Assembly (NCBI GenBank): GCA_024275415.1
Contig: JAJRZD010000043.1
Coordinates: 90,001-122,000, forward strand
Direction of reading: 5' to 3'
Origin: an archaeon
Lineage (GTDB): Archaea > Asgardarchaeota > Thorarchaeia > Thorarchaeales > Thorarchaeaceae
DNA: 32,000 bases
Position numbers and translations under genes: made by a program. Below are positions 17,949 through 26,238 of this stretch, in pieces (the first letter of the stretch is position 1; the number at the start of each line of letters is the position of its first letter). The notes under the pieces are model-generated. The model made no database searches, was not told the DNA's origin, and saw only the letters and a program-made list of their open reading frames with translations.

Positions 17949-19075
17949 AGTTCGAAATCCGGCAGTTCGCCAAATCTATGGCAGGCAAGCCAATGGTCAG
18001 GCTCGATCTCTCTGTATGTGGGTTCCTGTTCCTTGCATATATCGACGCAGTATTCACAGCGTTGGTGAAAGATACAACCCTGCGGAGTGTTTGTCAGGTC
18101 TGGTGGAGTGCCGGGAATCCCTCGCAGAAGAAGGCCCTTCTCTCGAATCTTTCGCATCATTTCCATTGAGGGATTGCTGAGCAGGAATGCTCTTGTGAAG
18201 GGATGGCTGGGCCTCTTTAAGATGGTCACCACATCCGCAAACTCGACCAGTTTTCCGCCAGTCATCACACCTATTCTGTCAGCAGAATCAGCCAGCAGTC
18301 CATGGTCATTACTGATTATCAACATTGACAAGTTCATCTTCTCCTTCATGATTCGAATCGCTTCCATGATCCTGTGCTGGACACCGACATCTAATGCCGT
18401 TGTAGGCTCATCCAGTATTATGAAAGCAGGATTCATTATCAGGGCCATCGCGATAAGGATTCTCTGATCTTCTCCCATGCTGAACTCCTTTGGCTTCAGA
18501 GCTTTCCTGATATCTACATCCCCCAGCTCTACGAGGTCGAGCGCCTGAAGGACACGACGCAACACCTCTCGTTCATAAAGGACATCGTCATCATCATGTG
18601 CCCACAGTGCCTCTGCAGTCTGCAACCCGATGTTAGTATAGGGATTCAGTGAACGAGTGGTGCTCTGAGGCACGTATGTTATCTCAGCCCCCCGTATCTT
18701 CCTGAACTCCTTGTCAGATAGAGAAAGAAGATCTTTTCCTTTGTAGAATATCTCTCCCTCGACTCCTGGTAGATCTTCGCCCACATCGGCCATAGAGCGA
18801 CCTTTTTTCTTTACCTTCATTCGCTCATTCCAGAGCCTACGGTTCTCCTCGTTACCAGAACTAGATCCGAACTTTGCAATGTCCTCGAATATACCGAGGA
18901 TCGCAAGCGCAATCGTCGTCTTTCCCGAGCCCGACTCACCGAAGATACCAACAGCCTCTCCTTCACGTACATTGAAACTGACATCACGAACCGCCTTGAC
19001 CAATCCTTTCGTTGATGTATAGTACGCGTGGAGACCCTTGACCTCCAGAATGTATTCACCCTTCTCCTCTGACAT
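17945..19075 (-). CDS. Second orphan OppD-like ABC ATPase with degenerate signature and H-loop
   Basis: GESGSGKT and ILDEPTT are intact. The signature is FSMGEDQR and the H-loop is ISND (His replaced by Asn). About 35-aa insertion after Walker A; Cys-rich tail. Start 19075 (track 19096). Confidence 0.88.
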   Translation of the reverse strand: MSEEKGEYILEVKGLHAYYTSTKGLVKAVRDVSFNVREGEAVGIFGESGSGKTTIALAILGIFEDIAKFGSSSGNEENRRLWNERMKVKKKGRSMADVGEDLPGVEGEIFYKGKDLLSLSDKEFRKIRGAEITYVPQSTTRSLNPYTNIGLQTAEALWAHDDDDVLYEREVLRRVLQALDLVELGDVDIRKALKPKEFSMGEDQRILIAMALIMNPAFIILDEPTTALDVGVQHRIMEAIRIMKEKMNLSMLIISNDHGLLADSADRIGVMTGGKLVEFADVVTILKRPSHPFTRAFLLSNPSMEMMRKIREKGLLLRGIPGTPPDLTNTPQGCIFHQRCEYCVDICKEQEPTYREIEPDHWLACHRFGELPDFEL

Positions 19076-19170
19076 GATATGAAACATATCCATCAACGCA
19101 GAAATACCCTACTAATGACGCACCTTCAGACCAGCATTGTTAAAATCAGGCGGGACTCTTCCAGTGCCTG

Positions 19171-20400
19171 ATGAGTCTGAGCATCGCTGATGGAACAGAT
19201 TGGAACATCATGGCTATCTACTTGTCCTTTGCCCTACAGAGCCTAGGTCAGGCAATCTCATGGCAGTTCGGTACATTTTTCTTGCAAGGCGAGCTGGGCG
19301 TCGAGAGCTATGTGCTCCTGACTGTCATCTGGTCTATCCCAACTTTTGTCACAATGATGGGAGCAAGCTCATGGGGGTCGTATTCAGATCGAAGGGGGCG
19401 AAGAAAACCCTTCATGCTGCTAGGCTTCCTTGGCTTCTCAATGACATTCCTCCTTTTCTCATTCATACGGGACAGCACAGAGTGGTTCATCATTTCTGTG
19501 GTGGGTGCGGCATTTTCCTCTGCAGCAATACCTTCAGGTCAAGCATTGGCTACCACGGCGACTCTCAAAAAAGGAGAACGCCTAGGGCTGCTTCTTGTTG
19601 CACAGTCGGCTGGTTGGTTCGTCGGCGCATTGAGCAGCGGTTTCCTTTACGACCTCATTGGTATGCTCGAACTCTATCGGATCGCAGCTGTCGCTTGTTT
19701 CTCAGCCACTTTCATCTGCTGGCGCTACGTGCGAGACTACGAGTTCGACCCCAATGAAATCAGAAAACAGCCCTCTGTCACCACACTATTACGAAGACCG
19801 GGGATGGCGCGGCTTTCCCTAGCAGCAGGACTCAGCGCGTTAGGGGTCAGCTCTATCGTGACCATGATGGCAATAATGATAGTGAACGAACTGGGAGGAG
19901 CCGCGTACTACGTGGGTCTTGCGAATTCTGGCGCGACCATTCTTGCAGTCGTCATCACAGGATTCATCGGACGTATCATCGATAAGAAAGGTCCTGGGAA
20001 CGTCCTCGTTCTTGCATACCTATCATACGCACTGTTTGCAGTGGGCTTCGCACTCGCCCAAGATGCCATCACTGCATCACTACTCTACGCCTTACCTATC
20101 TATCCCTTGTCGAACACGGCTGCATTCTCGTTCGCAGCACTCCTGTCTGGAGATGAAGAACGTGGTGGTGCGATGGGCATTGTGAACGGAGCACAGAACG
20201 CAGGCACTGCTATAGGGCCCATTGTCGGAGGCGTCTTTGCTGAATTCATTTTCTTTGCTGTGCAGCCGATATCATGGATCAATATGGTCTTCAACATCAT
20301 CTCATGTATTCTTGCTGTTTCACTGTTGCCCTTATCTAGAAAGTTGCATAGGAAACAGTTTCAAAATAGCAACAGTCTACCTAATCCCGAAGTCAACTGA
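19171..20400 (+). CDS. Major facilitator superfamily transporter
   Basis: About 12 TM helices. Motif A appears as GSYSDRRGRRKP and GRIIDKKGPGN; also has GTAIGPIVGG. Confidence 0.92.
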   Translation: MSLSIADGTDWNIMAIYLSFALQSLGQAISWQFGTFFLQGELGVESYVLLTVIWSIPTFVTMMGASSWGSYSDRRGRRKPFMLLGFLGFSMTFLLFSFIRDSTEWFIISVVGAAFSSAAIPSGQALATTATLKKGERLGLLLVAQSAGWFVGALSSGFLYDLIGMLELYRIAAVACFSATFICWRYVRDYEFDPNEIRKQPSVTTLLRRPGMARLSLAAGLSALGVSSIVTMMAIMIVNELGGAAYYVGLANSGATILAVVITGFIGRIIDKKGPGNVLVLAYLSYALFAVGFALAQDAITASLLYALPIYPLSNTAAFSFAALLSGDEERGGAMGIVNGAQNAGTAIGPIVGGVFAEFIFFAVQPISWINMVFNIISCILAVSLLPLSRKLHRKQFQNSNSLPNPEVN

Positions 20401-20758
20401 CTATCTTCGTCTGGATAGCTGCCCCACAAGATGGACATTGAGCCTCATATGTATCTGACCAGACCAACTTGCTCAGGACAATCTTCTCGCCACAATATTG
20501 GCACATTGTCGGAAACACATACGAGGAATGGATACTATCAAGGATAGCCTGTTCCTCAGCCTCAAGCCGGTATGACCTCACTATAGCCTCATTGATGACC
20601 ATTCGTTGTTCATTGAGCTGAGTAAGCCCCAGCTCAAGACAACCATAGCCTATGAGGAAGTAGATAGACAGACCGAACGTGAATGGGGCAAGCAGTACGC
20701 AGACAAAGCACACAATACCGACCCTTATGCCGGCTATCCCTTGTCTTCTTTCTTCCAA
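20393..20758 (-). CDS. Small membrane protein with a C-terminal Zn-ribbon (CQYC...CPSC)
   Basis: N-terminal hydrophobic hairpin, helical linker, then CxxC-x18-CxxC. TTG start. Confidence 0.72.
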   Translation of the reverse strand: MEERRQGIAGIRVGIVCFVCVLLAPFTFGLSIYFLIGYGCLELGLTQLNEQRMVINEAIVRSYRLEAEEQAILDSIHSSYVFPTMCQYCGEKIVLSKLVWSDTYEAQCPSCGAAIQTKIVS

Positions 20759-20879
20759 CTCCCAACACCATTAGTATGTTCTCATGGAACTTTATGAACA
20801 TATGCAATTATAGATTTCTAGTATCGGTAGTTGTGCTGTTGGCCTTGACGAAGGGTTTCAAACGTCGTGAATGTCTGTC

Positions 20880-22070
20880 CTATTCGAGTCCTATCTCGGT
20901 TCCGTCGATGAATACTTTCTCCACTTTGCTATAGAACTCGAAGGGGTGTCCCGACCAGACAACAATATCGGCGTCCTTCCCGGGCTCTAGAGACCCTACC
21001 CTGTCAGCAATCCCAAGGATTTCCGCAGGATTGATTGTCACACACCGCAAAGCATCCTCTCGGCTCATCCCCTCTTTGATCACGTTCATGGGGAGTAATG
21101 GGAAATAGTTCATTGGTGTGAGAGAATCAGTCTGCAATGCCACTTTCACTCCCGCGTCATTCAAAATGACCGCGGTCTTAAAACCCCTCTCCCGGGTTTC
21201 CGGTTTGCCTACCCAAAGCAATGTGGGACCTATCACAGCAGGGACTTTCGCCTTGGCGATGAAATCTGCAATCTTGTGTCCCTCGGTGCAATGGATGAGC
21301 ACCAGTCGGAGGTTGTATTCCTTTGCGATCCTGATGGCTGTGGCAATATCATCAGCACGATGGACATGTGCATGGAGTGGAATCTCCCGTTTCAGGACTT
21401 TGGCTATCGTTTCCATCCCAAGGTTTCTCTTTGGTGGGGCTGGGTCAGCCTCGTCCTTTTCCTTTGCTTTCCGAGCCTTTATCCCGTATGCCTTCCACTC
21501 CTCAAGATAGTTCTGACCGTCAGTGAGCGTCTTTCGTAAAAGTGATGCGATACCCATCCGTGTCGAAGGCGTACGTTTCTCGTTCCCATGCACACGCTTT
21601 GGGTTCTCCCCAAATGCGACCTTTAGCCCTGATGGCGAAAGGACAATCATCTCATCCACTACGCTCTTGCCCAAAGGCTTGACAACAATCGCTTCGCCTC
21701 CAATAACATTGCCTGAACCAGGTCCGGTGTTGATACAGGTGACTCCTCCCTGTACCACTTCCTTCAATGATGGCTCATCCGGGTTGAACGAATCAATCCC
21801 GCGCATCTCAGGAGTGACTGCAGCGGTCATCTCGTTCCCGTCAGCACCAGCCCAGCCTATTGACCCATCAAAGAGACCCTGATGTGTGTGTGCATCGATG
21901 AACCCCGGTAGCACATATTGTCCTTTGGCATCAATGACCTCCGCGCCATCAGGAACCTTCACATCACTGCCAACAGCCGTGATCCGCCCGTTGTCGAAAA
22001 CTACACTCCCGTTCTCGATCTGACCGTTCACGGGGCAAAGTATTGTCGCGTTAATGATTGCTTTCACCAT
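20880..22070 (-). CDS. Amidohydrolase-superfamily metal-dependent hydrolase (imidazolonepropionase/dipeptidase-like subgroup)
   Basis: LPGFIDAHTH, GENPKR, HVHRADDI, IHCTEGH, LQTDS, TINPAEILG..RVGSLEPGKDADIVVW. GAGGAG precedes the ATG at 22070. Confidence 0.92.
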   Translation of the reverse strand: MVKAIINATILCPVNGQIENGSVVFDNGRITAVGSDVKVPDGAEVIDAKGQYVLPGFIDAHTHQGLFDGSIGWAGADGNEMTAAVTPEMRGIDSFNPDEPSLKEVVQGGVTCINTGPGSGNVIGGEAIVVKPLGKSVVDEMIVLSPSGLKVAFGENPKRVHGNEKRTPSTRMGIASLLRKTLTDGQNYLEEWKAYGIKARKAKEKDEADPAPPKRNLGMETIAKVLKREIPLHAHVHRADDIATAIRIAKEYNLRLVLIHCTEGHKIADFIAKAKVPAVIGPTLLWVGKPETRERGFKTAVILNDAGVKVALQTDSLTPMNYFPLLPMNVIKEGMSREDALRCVTINPAEILGIADRVGSLEPGKDADIVVWSGHPFEFYSKVEKVFIDGTEIGLE

Positions 22071-22198
22071 CGCTCTCCTCACCTGCTGCAAACAGTACCA
22101 TGCGACAAAAGTTTTCTGATGTGTGCTTAGTGACTGGATAGATTCGGGCGATAGAGGATAAGCAACAACCTTTTGGGGCTAGTGGAGATGATAGCACT

Positions 22199-22627
22199 AT
22201 GAGTATCGGGTATTCCCTTCGATATTACTATAGTATTAGAAATCCTTTGATAAGAAAGTTCTCAGATCTTGGAGCCTTGGCCGAAGAGTCAGCGATTCCC
22301 TTTGCTGTACTGGAACCCGATTTTGTGACTAGAGAAGTAATAAACCAATTCCTCAGCAATGGCTATATTTCAACTTCTAAGAACGGAAGTCTGTACCTCG
22401 ATGTCCACAAGGTACGGCCACAAACTCTCCGAAGGGGATTGATTCTTTTTCTTGTTGGGGAGGTTTTCTTGATAGCCATTCTTTCGCTTTTCTTGTTTGC
22501 ACCTACTGTAACCGAAGTTCCTTCATTTGTAGTATTGTCAGTATTCCTAATAGGGACTTTGTTACTTGGATTGTTTTCCTATCTTGAAGCGTGGCCTTTT
22601 TTCTATCTTAGACATTCAACGAAGTGA
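22199..22627 (+). CDS. Hypothetical protein: soluble N-terminal domain plus two C-terminal TM helices
   Basis: 142-aa ORF with GGAG upstream, followed by a clear terminator. Confidence 0.68.
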   Translation: MSIGYSLRYYYSIRNPLIRKFSDLGALAEESAIPFAVLEPDFVTREVINQFLSNGYISTSKNGSLYLDVHKVRPQTLRRGLILFLVGEVFLIAILSLFLFAPTVTEVPSFVVLSVFLIGTLLLGLFSYLEAWPFFYLRHSTK

Positions 22628-22644
22628 CTAAGATGCTCAAGACT

Positions 22645-22675
22645 GCCCATCATCGGAACGTGATGGGCTTTTTTT
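22645..22675 (+). terminator. Hairpin plus T7 terminator
   Basis: GCCCATCA-tcggaacg-TGATGGGC followed immediately by TTTTTTT. Confidence 0.8.
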
Positions 22676-22794
22676 AATGAACAGAAACGAGGAATGAACC
22701 ATGAATGCCATCTCAGATGGTTGGTGGATCCAAGAGCCGGACAGGGATATGATGTTCCATCATATTGATTAGCCAGATACACTAGTATTTCCTT

Positions 22795-23640
22795 ATGACT
22801 GGAGGATGCACAATTGGAGCGAGGCGGTTACCGGGAAGGCTCTATATGTTCAAGAACCGCGATATCGCATCCGGTGATTTCCGCGACCATCTGATATTCA
22901 ATGACAGAGTATTTGCCATCACAGGATACGATTTCTCGGAGGCAGCCGATATTGGAGTTTCCTTTGGAATCAACAATGCTGGACTAGCTGTCTGTAGTTC
23001 AACAGTTCTAATCAATGATTGCGCCCCGTATGACATATTGCTCGAGGACATCCTTAAGGAGGCAGACTCGATTGCTGAGGCTGTGCGAATCGTGTCCGAA
23101 GCGCTCAATGCAGGAGAAGAATACCAGTGGTGCAACTTCGTCATTGGTACTCTTGACGAGATCGGGGTTATCGAGGTGTCCAGCGATGAATACCGACTGG
23201 AACGAGACGACCAGTATGTGATCCGAACGAACCATCATCTGCTCCTCTCGACAAAGGAGTTTGTCCAGAAGGCATCACCTGAGCAACGAGAGGCATGTGG
23301 TCCCCTTGACGCCAGTCACTATCGTAGACAGGTCGCTTCTAAGAAGGTGGCTGGTGCGACTACCTTTCAAGACATCAGTGCGATGCTCAGCATCCATAGC
23401 GAGTCACGCGGCTTTGATTCGATATGCCGACATAGGGATGGTATCGTCGCGAGTGAGCACAAACTGGGAGAAACTGTCTACAGTTACATCCTTGAGGTAC
23501 TGATGCTGGATGGCAAAACCCCTGAAGTATCTATCCAGGTAGCAAAGGGTAATCCATGCTCAAACACGTTCAAGCAATTCGACGTTAACTTTGACAGCAC
23601 GAAAGAGGAAAAGCAAAGCATCATAGACAGGTTCCCGTAA
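22795..23640 (+). CDS. Cys-nucleophile Ntn-hydrolase (peptidase C45 / acyl-CoA:6-APA acyltransferase-like)
   Basis: G|CT at residues 4-6, then FKNRD, FGINNAGLAV and IRTNH. This is the typical pattern of the C45 / linear amide C-N hydrolase clan. Confidence 0.8.
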   Translation: MTGGCTIGARRLPGRLYMFKNRDIASGDFRDHLIFNDRVFAITGYDFSEAADIGVSFGINNAGLAVCSSTVLINDCAPYDILLEDILKEADSIAEAVRIVSEALNAGEEYQWCNFVIGTLDEIGVIEVSSDEYRLERDDQYVIRTNHHLLLSTKEFVQKASPEQREACGPLDASHYRRQVASKKVAGATTFQDISAMLSIHSESRGFDSICRHRDGIVASEHKLGETVYSYILEVLMLDGKTPEVSIQVAKGNPCSNTFKQFDVNFDSTKEEKQSIIDRFP

Positions 23641-23651
23641 CCACAACAGGA

Positions 23652-24674
23652 TCAGTCATTGCTATCAGAACAGTGTCCGAACCTTCTCCACTCTGTTATG
23701 TGTGCTGTCCATCCTGCAATTCTTGAGATTGCAAAGAGCTGGGTGTTGAAAGCAGGGTCGATTCCCAGAGTCAAATACACCGCGGCATTGTAGAGATCCA
23801 CATTTGGAAAGACGACCTTTCTCTTTGTCTGGTGAAGGATTTCCGCACCTTCAGTAGCGATCTCACTGATGCGCTTGGGCAACCATTCCAAATCCGTGTC
23901 GCGAGTCCGTTCATTGAGCATCGCCCGCAGATATCTCGCACGAGGGTCAATGGTGCGGTAGATTCGGTGTCCCAGTCCGAAGATTCGATTCCCATTTGCA
24001 ATTCTCGCTTCCAGAGCTGTTCGAACATCCCCTGTGTCCCTCAGTTCATACACCATCCTCATCGCGTGGGAACCGGCACCATGGTGCAGTGGATGTGTAT
24101 GCTTTTCCAATGCTGCTCTCAGGGCATTAGTAGAATGACCTCCCGCGATAAGGGTGGAACACAGTGCCGAAAGGGATGGATTCTCAGGGTCGTCCATGTG
24201 TAAGATAAGAGCCGATTCGAAGTCCTTGATGTTCTTTCTTGTCGATTCGACATCAAGCATATACAGGATGTTCTCAGCGTGTCCCATATCCTCTCTTGGT
24301 GGAATCGTATCCAGGCCTTGTATGCTCCTCCAACTATTGACTAGAATGGCCGGAAATGCTGACACCATGAGAAGCAACTCGTCCAACGCATCGAGGTCAC
24401 GGGGGTAGGGTCTCTCTTCAAGGAACCTATGCAGGGGCTCCTCACACGTTGTTGGGATACTGCCAAAACAACATCTTGCATAGTCATATCCTTTGATACG
24501 TATTTCCCTCAATCTGTTCAGCAAGTCTTCGCGTTCAGAGGTGTCAGGAAACCTTCCCTCGATGAGAAGAAAGAGAACCGACTCGAAGCTGTGCTATGAC
24601 GCAAGAATTGTGACATCATGTCCTCTGAACAGCAGCTTGCCTTTCTCAACATCGATGAAGCTTATAGGTTTCAT
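23652..24674 (-). pseudogene. Divergent citrate synthase-family gene interrupted by an in-frame UAG at codon 27 (pseudogene or readthrough candidate)
   Basis: ATG at 24674 gives MKPISFIDVEKGKLLFRGHDVTILAS, then TAG (24596-24594), then HSFESVLFLLIEGRFP in frame with the 24524 ORF. Later motifs: PLHHGA, GLGHRIY..DPRA, PNVDLY, SRIAGWTAH. Confidence 0.85.
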
Positions 24675-24783
24675 GTTTCATAGTGGAATGCTATCACAGT
24701 CCCTTTATAATTTGAGTTGGACACGAATCCTTTCTAACGATATTGTTGCAGGTTCCTGTTGTCTTGCTGAAGAAAGAGTGCAG

Positions 24784-24806
24784 AGTAGGCGCAGGACACG
24801 CCTACT
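24784..24806 (-). terminator. Hairpin downstream of gap
   Basis: AGTAGGCG-caggaca-CGCCTACT, an 8-bp perfect stem 13 nt after the gap stop, followed on the minus strand by the pyrimidine-rich CTGCACTCTTTCTTC. Confidence 0.6.
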
Positions 24807-24819
24807 TCAGGTCGTACTG

Positions 24820-25821
24820 CTAGAGGTGCTTTGCGACGATCTCGGTAAGGTCTGCAAGACGGGATGAATAGCCCATCTCATTGTCATACCAGCCAAAGAC
24901 CTTCGCCATATTGCCCTGAGTTTCTGTGAGCAGAGCATCAAAGACGCACGAATGCGTGTCGCCGATGTAGTCAGAGGACACAAGTGGCTCCTCGGTGTAT
25001 TTCAGGTATCCTTTCAAGTCCCCTTCTGCTGCCTTCTTGAAAGCCGCATTGATATCGTCCTTTGTGGCACTCCTCTCAAGGTACACGGCTAGGTCGACGA
25101 TTGACACATCCATCGTGGGCACTCGAATCGCCATACCATTGAGCTTGCCCTGTGCCTTTGGATAGACCAGACCGATAGCCTTTGCAGCTCCCGTGGTCGT
25201 GGGGATGATATTCCACGTTGCAGCACGGGCACGCCTGATGTCCCTGTGTTGCATGTCGAGGATACGCTGGTCATTCGTCACTGAGTGGATTGTCGTCATC
25301 AGTCCCGATTCGATTCCGAAGCTCTCGTCCATCACTTTGACCATTGGAGCAAGGCAATTGGTTGTGCACGAGGCGTTGGAGATGATGTGGTCTTTTGCGG
25401 GGTCATAATCCTGGTCATTCACTCCAAGCACGATAGTGCGCATGGGACTTTTCCCAGGTGCACTCACTATGACTTTCTTTGCACCAGCCTCAAGGTGCTT
25501 TCCTGCGTCTTCGGCTTTCCTGAAGAGACCTGTCGATTCGATGACAATATCCACGCCAAGGTCACCCCACGGGAGCTTTGCAGGGTCGCGCTCGGAAAGA
25601 ACCTTTATTTTCTTGCCATTGACCTTGAACGCCCCTTCAAGGACTTCGACTGTGCCATCGAATGGTCCCATTGCAGTATCACGTTTAAGAAGATGCGCCA
25701 ACGTTTCGGCATCTGTCAGGTCATTTACTGCAACGACTTCAAACCCACTCTTCTTCAGAGCCGCACGGAGGTAGATCCGCCCGATTCTCCCAAATCCATT
25801 GATACCAACTCGAACTGTCAT
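24820..25821 (-). CDS. gap: Class I (bacterial/eukaryotic-type) NAD-dependent glyceraldehyde-3-phosphate dehydrogenase
   Basis: GINGFGRIGR, VNDL, ESTG.F, catalytic SNASCTTNCLAP, IIPTTTGAAKA and WYDNE.GYS.R. Confidence 0.97.
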   Translation of the reverse strand: MTVRVGINGFGRIGRIYLRAALKKSGFEVVAVNDLTDAETLAHLLKRDTAMGPFDGTVEVLEGAFKVNGKKIKVLSERDPAKLPWGDLGVDIVIESTGLFRKAEDAGKHLEAGAKKVIVSAPGKSPMRTIVLGVNDQDYDPAKDHIISNASCTTNCLAPMVKVMDESFGIESGLMTTIHSVTNDQRILDMQHRDIRRARAATWNIIPTTTGAAKAIGLVYPKAQGKLNGMAIRVPTMDVSIVDLAVYLERSATKDDINAAFKKAAEGDLKGYLKYTEEPLVSSDYIGDTHSCVFDALLTETQGNMAKVFGWYDNEMGYSSRLADLTEIVAKHL

Positions 25822-26238
25822 TTGTAGATCCGCCCTATTCAGTATGTGAACCGTTCATTGTTGCCCGCACAAACTTGTACACCAGAGTGTTGTGTTCCCA
25901 TGGAACAGCAACGATATGGCTCTGTGAGGTCAAAGTGTGATTGGGAATCCTCAAGTCCTATCTCTTCGTCCCCACTATTTAAGCACTCTCAAGACCTCTT
26001 ATGTGAAAGTCTATGTGTATATTTGTACAAGTCTCTCGTAGCTGTTAGCAACCCTGTATGGATTTGTTAAGCATATCCGCTATATATTTTATGTACAGAG
26101 AAGTGTCTGACAATTAATGTGAGTGTCATCTACACGCACTTCGCTGCAACGTCTGTCAGCTGCTTTTGCCTCAACACTTTTCATAGGCATTCGTATTGTG
26201 CAGGTATCGGATTGACGATAATTACAGGAGTGCCCGCA

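Noticed and set aside
22701-22772. Short ORF MNAISDGWWIQEPDRDMMFHHID ending in TAG upstream of the C45 gene, considered as a readthrough fusion
   Set aside because: It is not in frame with 22795 (offset 94 nt).
24784-24806. Hairpin as a SECIS/PYLIS recoding element for the nearby amber codon
   Set aside because: It lies upstream of the citrate synthase-like start and directly after the gap stop, and it lacks the archaeal SECIS GAA/A motif. A terminator is the simpler explanation.
25870-25920. Hairpin GTTG-T-GTTCC-cat-GGAAC-AG-CAAC in the gap leader
   Set aside because: A single imperfect stem with no match to a riboswitch I recognise. Too weak to call.
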